Below, one piece after another: positions 12,687 to 23,237 of a stretch of DNA of 64,000 bases (position 1 is its first letter; each line of letters begins with the position of its first letter). The notes under the pieces are model-generated. The model worked only from the letters and a program-made list of their open reading frames with translations, was not told the origin of the DNA and did not search any database. The stretch is from Auanema rhodensis. Lineage: Eukaryota; Animalia; Nematoda. The stretch covers positions 4,154,001-4,218,000 of the forward strand of contig OZ059898.1 in assembly GCA_964057225.1 (NCBI GenBank), given 5' to 3'. The position numbers and the translations under genes were made by a program.

Positions 12687-14038
12687 GTGCATGAATAACA
12701 ATTTAGAAACAGGGTGAGAGAAAGAGATAGATAGAATAAAGGAGAAGCTAGCAAACTGACACATGGCGCTCCCACCGAGATTTATGTATCTGCTTCTGCT
12801 TAGTCTTCTCAGAAAAAAGTTTTCATCATTGCGATTGTTAAAATTTTAAGAGAATGAAAGAAAGGTTTTTGTGGTTTGCCCCCTCTTGTGTCAGATTGTC
12901 AGATTCTGAGACATGCTGAGTGACTTAGGTCTTCCGACGTACAACGAATGAATTGGTTGCTTACCGTATTCCCAGAGTTCATTAACCACATAAGACAGTT
13001 TTATTTTGTCATATTGTTTGCCTGAAATATGAGCATAAGGTTTCGAATTGGGTCACGGTATTCTGTACTATCTTAGTTAATTTATTTCAAAATATAAAAT
13101 TTTCTATTCTCTCCTTTCTTTCCGTATTCATATTCGTAGTTATAAGTTTTTTGAAGCTACATTTATTCCATTCTAAGATATATCATTCAATTTGATTATT
13201 GGAAATCAAATTAAAGTTATGTGTTTTCATTTTTTATTTTTCAGGTTAGAATCGGATATAATTTTGGATGTAACTGATGGATTCAGATTAACTTGAGGTT
13301 TTTAGATCAATATTGTGTTCTAATTTTCTTTGCTTTCTGATATTTGATATTCTGTTTTTTGTTTTGTATGAAATTATTTTCCTTGTTCTCGGTCCACAAT
13401 CCTCTATGTACATTTCAAACATTTGACTAAACTTATGTGCATCATCGCTTCCCATAAATCAGATGGGTACGGGTCGTGGGTTGTATATCTATTGCGATGG
13501 ATCCAATTGATAATAAACGTCAATATATGTATGAAAATAGTTCACAGCTCCTTCACAGTTCAATAAATTCTACTTGAAAATGAATATTTCTTTTCTTTTT
13601 TTTTCAATTTCCCCTTCTTTTTTTTTGTCTTGAGTAAACTAGAAGCTATTCGAAACGAAGACTTATACTGAACTGAATCTTTTGCCCCATGAGAATATTT
13701 GCTTCCTTATGTATGTCAGTGTATGCTTATAGTAAAGTAGTCTTATTTTAGACAAGGTTTAAAATATAAGAGTACGGTAGTTGAAAACGTCCTTAGCTAG
13801 AACTTATACACTTGTATTCAGTGATTCATTTTAAAATTTGCTAAATTTCCTCAATCTTCTGATATCACTGTTCATTCAGAAGAACCTACAATTTATTCTG
13901 AAAGAATCGAAAGTTTATTTATTATTCATCCCTCCGAAATAGATGAAGTTTTCAAACAAGCTTATTCAAATTCCTGTCGCGTGCCTACTGACAGGTACCC
14001 TAAGATGACTAATGCTGTAAGCTGAATATACACAGCAC

Positions 14039-14115
14039 ATAACTCATAGAATAGCTGTAGCGAGCTTTATAACTCATAGAGTAGCTGTAGTAAGCTGTAG
14101 TAAGCTTTATAACTC
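14039..14115. repeat. Degenerate 30-bp minisatellite (ATAACTCATAGARTAGCTGTAGYRAGCTTT, about 2.3 copies)
   Basis: Units start at 14039, 14069 (with an internal 10-bp duplication) and 14109. An isolated ATAACTCATAGA copy lies at about 14350. Confidence 0.8.
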
Positions 14116-16670
14116 CATCTCTCCTTTGATATACAAGGGGGAACGTTGAGAGATAACGGGATATGAAGAGAAAATTCAAGATATCTAGTGATTTTAAGCT
14201 GCTAGTCGTTTGTGTTCATAAATTGTTCCGTGTAGACAAATGTTGCATATAAATCAGCATATGGTACAACCAAGCTGTCTGTCACAATCAGGATTAAGCT
14301 ATGAATTAATTGATCTGATAGTATGGATTGTACTCGAATAACAGTCCGTATAACTCATAGAAATGAAATAAAAATTTGTTTAATGCTTCGATAGATAGGA
14401 AGATCAAGACATAAGTCACGATCAATTCAACATAAACATGAAAAGAGTTTGATCAGAAAATTAAGAATTAAAACAACAAATCCGACTTACAATCATAATA
14501 TGATTCTTATAAACGCATATGACTTTGGTTTTTTTTAAGCTTCACTAAACGAATCTATTTTGATAATATTGTTTGAATCAAGAAAGAATGAAAAAGAAAC
14601 GCTTGTGTGGTTTTATAAACTAAAAGTCCAATCAAGCCAATTACTACAATTGATTTGTTTAGATGAGAAGAATGATATGGACAAAACCTTCAAAGCGTCG
14701 GTAACTGATCAAAAGTCTTGGAAACAAGAGATGAGATAAATTAAAACGCACTGAGAGATTGTGGCCGAGCTGGAGAGTTAGATACTGCAGCGACCCACAG
14801 ACGTCTTTGGTCACGCCCATCTCGTTCTACTATTGGCTAACCAACCATTACGGTAATGAGATGCGGCATATCAAAGAGTTTCTATATATGTGATGAATCC
14901 AGGTGTCAGAATGATATTAATGATTATTCTTTGTTATTGCCATATTGTTCTTACTGTTCTGTGTACTAATTAATTAATTATTTTATAGTAATATACATTT
15001 CTAAATCTGTTTATTCAATTCTACGATATATACAATATATTTATCACAAAAGATATTCAAATATAATATGATAAACATATCATATCTTCAGTTTTATGTA
15101 AAACTTTACTTTCTGTATTCTCTATTTCTATTTGACTTACTTTTAAATTTTTGAATTTTTTATATGAATGCTTTTTGTTTGATGTTTTCTGTTAGTTATC
15201 ATAATTGTAAAAATTCGTGCCATTTGAAAGAAAATTGGAAATAAAAGTTATGATTGATAAATTCAATAATAATTTTTTTTTTACTTCATAAGAAAATTAT
15301 ATTTTCATGTAAAAAAAGTTACATTATGTGTTCTTTGGTGACATACTAATGACATTTGTACATACATTATTGAACGATAAATTTAATAGAAAGTGAGGAG
15401 CACCTTAAAACATTTTGTGAAATTTATTGTTGGAAACAAAGAAAGAAGAATGAGCTATCTAGAAGATTTATATATCATACATATGTCTTTGCTGAAAGTA
15501 TTTAATTGCATTCATTCATTGTCTACAAATCAAAATAAGTCTGCTTGTTCATAGTAATTCGTTTTAATAGAAAATTCAAAGATATTTAATATCCTTTCAT
15601 TTTTTATTAATAATTTCTATAAATTAAAAAATTAAAATTAATATATTTTTATAAAATCTTCTTACATAAATGATACAATATAATGTTCACAATAAAACGA
15701 AGACGTTGAATTGAAGATGAGTGTATACAATCACATAAACTTTGAAATATGTCTTCTGAAGTTATTGTACGGCTCTGGTACATACAGTAAGAGAGATGAG
15801 TCAGTGAACAATTCTTACTTGTAACTACAATCGAGGAAGCTATTAAATAAATTACAAAACAATACGACTCTTATAACAAGTCATTTAATTTTTGACTAAA
15901 TTAACTGAAGATGTTCAAGTCCACCGGCAGAGTGAGAGCAAGAAAGCAGGGAACGTCGAACTTTGGCAATAAATTTGCTTCAAGTTTCAGTTCTTTGTGA
16001 ACCTAATGAGAATCGGGTAATTAAAATGAAATTGTTGGAAAGGATATAAATGACAAATGACTAAGAACTGCTCTATATTGAAAGTATAAAATGAGGATTG
16101 AGAGAAGGAAACAAATCATTTTGATAGAAATAATTTAGTTTAATAACTAATAGCTACATAGAAATAACGATAACGACAAGGAATTACTCTGTTTTGCAGT
16201 GTTTTACTCTGTTTAATGGGATGAACCTTGTCTAATTGAAAAAATAACCTTGTATGCTATACCTTGTATAGAGACATGAAAGGGAAACTTTGAACAAAAA
16301 TGAATGATGAACAATATGAAATTATTACAAACATTTCGAGAATAAGGACTATATTTTAAAAAAGGTGTTTCCAAAAACTTGAATACGGTATATAATAGTT
16401 AGATATACGAACTTCTCGAGTGTTTTTACCAGATTAAAGCTTTGTCTAAACAAAATATTTGGAATGAACCAAGGAGTGGGAGCCGAAAAAGGTCGATAAA
16501 GGAAAAACGATGATGAAATGGGGGAAGGGGTGGGGGAAAAATTAAAACAAAACTGTAACATGCTTTGTTTTGGATGATAACACATAATAAGTACGATAAT
16601 TAAAGTGATGGAGAAGGTTTCAAATGATTAATATGAGACCTAACAATTGATTATTGGTATTTTAAACCAT

Positions 16671-19600
16671 TTAGAATTGATTTGATAGTAAGAAGTTCCT
16701 TGTGAATCCCAGATGAGCGAATGGTAATGGTCCTGTTGGGAATGGCATCATTTGCGGAGTAAGTGGCTTATCCTGAAAGGAAAAAATATATAAAATTGTA
16801 TCATGACAGAATCCCCGAACACGATATTTATCATTTCTGTATGAGAATTGATGTTAATTAACTGAATCTCGTGTTTGTATTTTATACAGGTCATGTTCGA
16901 CCTTTTACATCACAATCTCATCATGTGTGGACAAGCATTTTGTGGATCAAATGCCAACCTCAGAGGACAAGATTCTTAAGACATGTGTATGTATATTTAT
17001 GGTGTGTGTGATTTTATAAATGGCAGGAAATGGCCGAAAGGAATGAACCATATGGTCGCAGACATTCATCTTGAAGTCGCAGAAAATCTGAGAGCTAGTC
17101 CACAAAAGCCAATAGAGGAAAGATAATTGAGACATTTTAAAATGAAATAATTTGTACATTTCAGATAAAAACAACTTGAAATACAGTAAATCAATAATTA
17201 TTTTATATGATTTGTATTTTTTCAACTTTTATATAGTTTAATGCGTTAACAAAAGAAGTCAAAAATTCACTTAATCAACTAGTCATGTTCCAGATGGTTT
17301 CAAATTAATGATCCACGAGCGTTTATTTTTACATTAAAAACGCCGTATAATAGGAAGAAGTCAAAGAAATGGAACAATTCATCTTAGAAATGTCAATCAT
17401 AGTGAATTTTTTGTTTCAAGAAAAAAATGCATAGGCTATTCCTACCTTATTTTCTTTCTTGTGCTTCATTCGTCTGTTTTGAAACCATATTTTTACCTAA
17501 AAAAGCATGAAATAAGCTATAGAAATAGAAATATAAGATACCTGTCTTTCAGTAAGCATGAGGGAATGAGCTATTTCAATTCTTCTTTTACGTGTTAAAT
17601 ATTTATTGAAATGAAATTCTTTTTCTAATTCTAAAACTTGATTCCTTGTATAAGCAGTACGTTGTCGTTTTTCGCCTCGTGATCCGCCTATAACATATTA
17701 AAATGTTTTCAATCACATCGAATTCACATAATTTAGATTTCAAATTTTCATAAAATCCCAGTTTAGATAATAATTGGGATTTTGCTAATTTAGGCACAAT
17801 GGTGTCATATTCTCAACAACTTTTATGGCATCTGTCAGAACATTTGTCAATCAAATATATTATTTACTATCATTTAGAAAAAATAGAGATATGATTATGA
17901 CGATAAACCGTAAATCTATTTCTGGACCTCTCTATCTCTCTCTCTGCTATTACCACTGTTGAATATGGTAGATCAGAACCAAGAGGGATATCTGCATAGT
18001 AATAGCTGAACAAGAGAGAGTAACATCATAGATCTACTTCAGATTTATCCAGCCGTCTATCAAACTCGTCATATTCTTATATTTATTACCCCCCCCCCCC
18101 CACCACACAGAAGTTAGCCCCTGGTCTTTGACCGATTTATAGCTCTTAATATTTTCTTCCAAATATGTATTCAAAACAAATACAAAAAAAAGAATATAAA
18201 TATAGAAAGTGTGATAATGAAATATGTTCACAAACTTTTTGAAAATATTTGAAAAGTTCGTTTTTTCTATTTTGTTTTTCTCAAATTTCTGACAGCTTTT
18301 ATCTTTTGTTCAGAAACAGTTGTTTTTAAACACATTGTAGAATATTTGAAAGAAGGAAATAATCAATACTGAGTCATGAAGTTTTAATTTTTTTCAAAAT
18401 TCACCTCATTTTGTACAAGAGGTTTCGATTGAAATTTTTGTTTGAAAAACAAAAGCCCTTTTCAATTTAGTATTCATTATGGAATATTAAATGAGATATG
18501 TCTGTGTTATGTCCATTCTGCTGTTTGACGGTAAATGAGGTCCGTGGGAAAGTGGATGATGATCCTATTGAATCAGCGTTGAATTATTAAATCATCACAA
18601 TTTTCTTTATATACATGTGTATATATTTAAATGTAATAATATCAAAATATTTAAAATAAAACTTAGCAATATCAAATGTTAATTTGTGATTAAATCTTTT
18701 TGTAAATATTAGAAAAGTTTGGGAAAATCTTCTAGAGTTCAGAAATTTGACTTTCGCAGCAGATGGTAAAATCTGACATGCGAATACATCTTTTTGTGCG
18801 CGGCCTTAAGGTGGTTCACCTCTTTCTACACAACGTTGCTCTTGATTTATTCAAAAAATAGATATTATAAGAAAAAGAGAAAAAAAAAAGATAAATTTAA
18901 AAAAAATATATAGTTTTAATCAATAATTTACTTATATATATATTCTTTAATATATATAATATAAAAAAATGTTAAAAAATTATATTTGTAAATCAAAAAA
19001 ATATAAGTTTAGCAAGTTTAAGTTGTGGTTTGAGGTATTTTTAATTTATGACATTCAAATAGACTTATCATATATAACTCTAAAGACATGTATGGTAGAC
19101 ATATTTTAGAGGATCAACTGACAGATAGATGACAAGTTGGCAGCTGGTCTCTTGCTGATCTTTTCACGTAATATTTCATTGTAGAGAAGTCTTGGATTAA
19201 GCTGTTCGTGGATTATTAAACAATATTTCTGTTTCTTACGAAAAAGGGAGAAGAGAGAGAGAGAGAGATACGTATGTACATAAGATAATGCAAGTGAAAT
19301 ATGTATGTTAAACTTTACCTTATTTATTGAAATTTATATTTTATAAAATATATTTTATGTTAAAACCAATCAAAATAAAATAGAAAAACTATTTCTTTTC
19401 TATCTACATACAATCAATTTCTAATCGTATAAGGAATCAACGATATTCCTCATCAAGGACATATGATGCATATTTAGAATTCTAAGATATTTTTCTTTTT
19501 AATTTTATATTAGTTCAGTCTTACTTCAAACATTAAAGTTTTTTTTGAAGACACCCAAGATCAATTACTCAACCTAGGCAGTGTAGCAAGATAATCGGCA

Positions 19601-22600
19601 TAAAGCTTTGTTGGCCCTAAGATGTCAAATAATCTGATGGATTAAAGAAAAGTGTGCTTCTGTTTTGGTCACACTGTCAAATTTGTGAAAATATATGAGA
19701 TATACAAGCGATAGAGAGAAAAAAAGAAATATTTGTAAAGATACTGTGTGAGATTGAGAGAGAGAAGTGACACATAGACTTATCTGTTTTACAACTGTAC
19801 AACATAAGCATATGCATCCACAATACCTCATCTCCCTTTAGAAAACAAAGTGTGCCGGTGATAACTAAATGATTGAATGGTTTCAAAATCATTAATGTTT
19901 AGCCGACGGATACTAATCGTGTTTCTAACAATCATTAGGTGTATCACCTGTATCGTTGATAAATTACGTTGTTACAAATTCTTTTTGTATATTTTTGAAT
20001 CCAAAATGTTAAAACTCAAACAATGTCTTCAGATATAAAGCTTTTTTTTATTAATTTTCTAAAGGCCTTGTCATTCATCTAGAAGGTAATCAATCTTCTT
20101 TGTTAGAAAAAAGTTACATTGCCAACCTTTTTTGTTTTTTATTTCAAACAGTTCATCTTGTTTTGGAAAAAATGACCCGATTGAATGAATTCAACATATT
20201 GCATTGACAAGTGACGACGTAATTGTTTTCCGGAGAACGTCCGGATCGGACTAAACCCGAAAAAGCATCTATATTACAACGAACTAATTGAAAGAGAAAC
20301 CAAAATTGTAATTTAACAGAATTTGGCTTTGCTTTTCTAGTAAGTTGTCAACATTCACATTAAGGGGCAATTAATTGACAGCTCTTGAGTATCACTCCGA
20401 TTGATGTTCAACACGCAATCTACTATGAAAGTCGATTACTGTAGTTCTTAAAAGTAATAAATGGAAGAAAAACTAATAGAGAATTATTTTGTAGATGTAC
20501 ATGATAAATATTTTATTTTAAAATATTTTTTAATATTTTAAAAAAACATTATTTGAATATGTTTTACTGATTTGTGATATGAAAATGAAATGAAAATGCT
20601 AAGTTTCAAGAGAATGGCTGTATTTGAACAAACGAATAGATAAATAATGATGAATTTCGATAAAATCTCTGTCGTTTCTATCAAATAAAACGGAAAAATC
20701 GAGAAATATAAGACCAGCCTACCGTATTCGTTCATATACCCAATAGCAAATTGAATAAATTACCTACGCAAGTTATTAGAAAAATAATTAAAATTTTTAA
20801 GAGAATTCAAATTCTTTTTCTTTACTCTTAACTACGAATAGTAAGAAATTATATAATTTTATGTTTGTGAGACTGATAGAATTAAATTTTGAGGTGGTCT
20901 AGTTGACTTATTCTTTTCTTTCTCAACTATAATTACAATCGAAAAGACGAGGATCAGCTCGACTGATGAGATAATCCGTCTTGTCTCTTTGGACCCTAGG
21001 GCGATGCTGTGATAAATGAAGCAAAACCCCACTTCAGACGTCGGCAAACTGTCCTTTCAGAATCGTGAGCATGGTAAAACCTTGCACCTCATAGCACCTT
21101 TTGGAGCAATAGGATAGTATGTTGCCAGGATTAACAATCAAACTTGACTTACTTATATAATGAAGTTTGTAATAGATAGAAGTAAATAACAGTGAATATA
21201 TTGATATATGAGAATTCAATTACCTTCTCCGGAAGTAGAATGTACACGAGTCATCCACGGATAAACGGCTGCTGCAACAGCACTACCATTCGAACTTGTT
21301 TTATCATCATCTCCTTCTTTTTTCTCTTCCTTATCTTCTTTCCAGTCCGAATTTTGATAACATAACGACTGAAATCGAAACAATGTAAGTAGAAAAAGTT
21401 AAATTTTGAAATATTTCTCTCTCTCTCTCGGTTTGATGACAATTACATCACTTTTACACATACATAAATTGAAAAATACGTATTGAAATAGTAAGGAATC
21501 GAGAAAATTATTTTTTTATCAAGATGAAGAATCTATCATCATAAGCAAATCTATATAATTCATTGAGTTATGGAAAACCTGATACAATGTTTCTTCTTTT
21601 CTTGCTTCAATTTCGTTTATTTCCACCGCAAAAGCGTTTTCGTTTCAAGCATACGGTAGGAGGTTGACGAAAATCGAAGAGAAATGAAGAAGAGGAATGA
21701 AGCACGAAATGGATGAAAAGGCCACACAAAAAGAGTTACAGTAGAGCAGAATAATGCTCAGAATTTTTTTCAAATAAATTTTTGTTAAATCAAATGAAAC
21801 ATCAAAAAAGCAAATTAACGTAACATTAAATGCGGTGGAAAGCGTTCGATATTTTATTTCCCCCATCGTTTCTCTCGTCCCTAATATCTCTCAATCTTTC
21901 GAGCATGATTTAGTTGTGTCAGGTTTAAGGATAGAGTCTTATAAAATTGATTGAATACAAATACTTTTTTTTGTTATTGTTTAACTCAAAATGCTATATA
22001 AAGAATACTAATAAACAGAACAAATATATAATTATAAAGTAAGAAGTGTTATTTGTTTATAATTATGCAATTTATCAATTTTTATTAGATTTATTGAAAA
22101 ATTGTATTTTTTTTTCAATAAATCTAAGTTTTAAGAATTATTTTCAGTAACAAATTTTGTAGTTTTTTTACGATAAAAAACTATATAGAATGGCAAAAAT
22201 ATAAAAAGTAAAATTAAAATTGAAAAAATGAAATTTCATTTAAGACACAATGAACTCAATAAGATTTGTTTTAGAATATAAATAAATATAATTAACATGT
22301 TAAAGAACAATAAATAAAATTTAATTTAAAAGAAATTTTAAAAATAATTAGATTAATAGGAATATCGATTCCATATTCATTTAATACGAATAGTATTGTT
22401 ATAAATAGTAGTTTTCTGCAAAAACTTTTGTTATAAAACCAACCTGAGAAGCAAACTGAGTTCCGGAAAGGGTTGACGAAGGAAAGTATGTCGTCGCCGG
22501 CTGTTGAACAGCAGAAGTATCGTAGTAGAATCCTGGTGGAGGCCCAGCTTGCATGACTGAAGCAGCTGCGGCTGCTGCGGAAGCTGATGATCCGAAATCG

Positions 22601-22611
22601 GACGACGTCAT
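16671..22611 (-). CDS. lin-39: Hox gene lin-39 (Dfd/Scr class); 5 coding exons
   Basis: Exon 1 MTSSDFG..YYD..; exon 2 [17 protein letters not shown] (hexapeptide, about 21225-21370); homeodomain [48 protein letters not shown]|[17 protein letters not shown]|[14 protein letters not shown]. Nearly identical to C. elegans LIN-39 as recalled. Confidence 0.97.
19623..19679. promoter_or_regulatory. Candidate Hox/PBC (CEH-20) plus MEIS (UNC-62) composite element in lin-39 intron 2
   Basis: TGATGGAT at 19635-19642, flanked by TGTCA (19623) and CTGTCA (19674-19679, the reverse complement of TGACAG). Confidence 0.4.
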
Positions 22612-23011
22612 ACTTTGATAATAATATTCGTCTGTTACTTATAAGAAGTAACACTGTTGTAATAATTCCTCCAATTAACTAATGGAACAAGTATGAATTA
22701 AGAATCCAGTATATTCAACCAAAAATGGTGGAGTGAGTTATGCCTATAAAGATTTCATCTAATTTTTTTTATTATTTGAAGAGAATCATTTAAATAATGA
22801 AAATATGAAAAACAAATTGTAAGGTGGTTAAAAACACAATATAAAAAAATTCTTATCACATGAGGGGGGATTTAAACGATTTGTTTGCCCTCGTTATAAA
22901 ACTCGAGATCGATGTTGATGTTACATAAGAAACGAAAATCTCTGAATACAATCTTGTAGAGTACAAAGAAACATATTGTCCGGTTTGCCAAAAGATTCTA
23001 ACCGGCTTGGA

Positions 23012-23237
23012 CTAGGGATTCGCAGCCCCCTGAAGGGCTACGCATGGTATCCCGTTGCGACCAACCAACCCGGCACCACAAGCCACGCCCACTGTTGCCT
23101 GATTGGTTGTTGCCAGGCCGGTGGGCGTGGCCAAACCTGGCCGGGGTGAAGAAAACGGAGGAGTGCAGAACTAACCGTTGGAGTTAAAAATACGGAATCT
23201 GTGGTTCCGTACGACCCTGTCTTGCGTGAAGGTTACA
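23012..23237 (-). mobile_element. Non-autonomous Helitron/Helentron-like element (about 225 bp; may extend to about 22977)
   Basis: Sharp GC-rich island. The minus-strand 3' end reads CGTAGCCC-TTCAGG-GGGCTGCG (hairpin), AATCC, CTAG|T, the canonical Helitron terminus. It also has an internal inverted repeat GCCACGCCCAC..GTGGGCGTGGC and a hairpin TACGGAA..TTCCGTA near the other end. Confidence 0.6.

Noticed and set aside
17497-17541. lin-39 donor GTATCTT resembling a U12-type intron
   Set aside because: Does not match RTATCCTT, has no U12 branch site, is an ordinary short intron, and rhabditids are not known to have a minor spliceosome.
18089-18101. C13 tract as a G-quadruplex
   Set aside because: Shorter than the 15 nt needed for a canonical three-tier quadruplex; an ordinary homopolymer.
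22955-23237. Solo-LTR reading of the GC-rich insert (TGTA..TACA with AATCT/AATGT flanks)
   Set aside because: The target-site duplication is imperfect and there is no AATAAA. The hairpin plus CTAG|T end fits a Helitron better.
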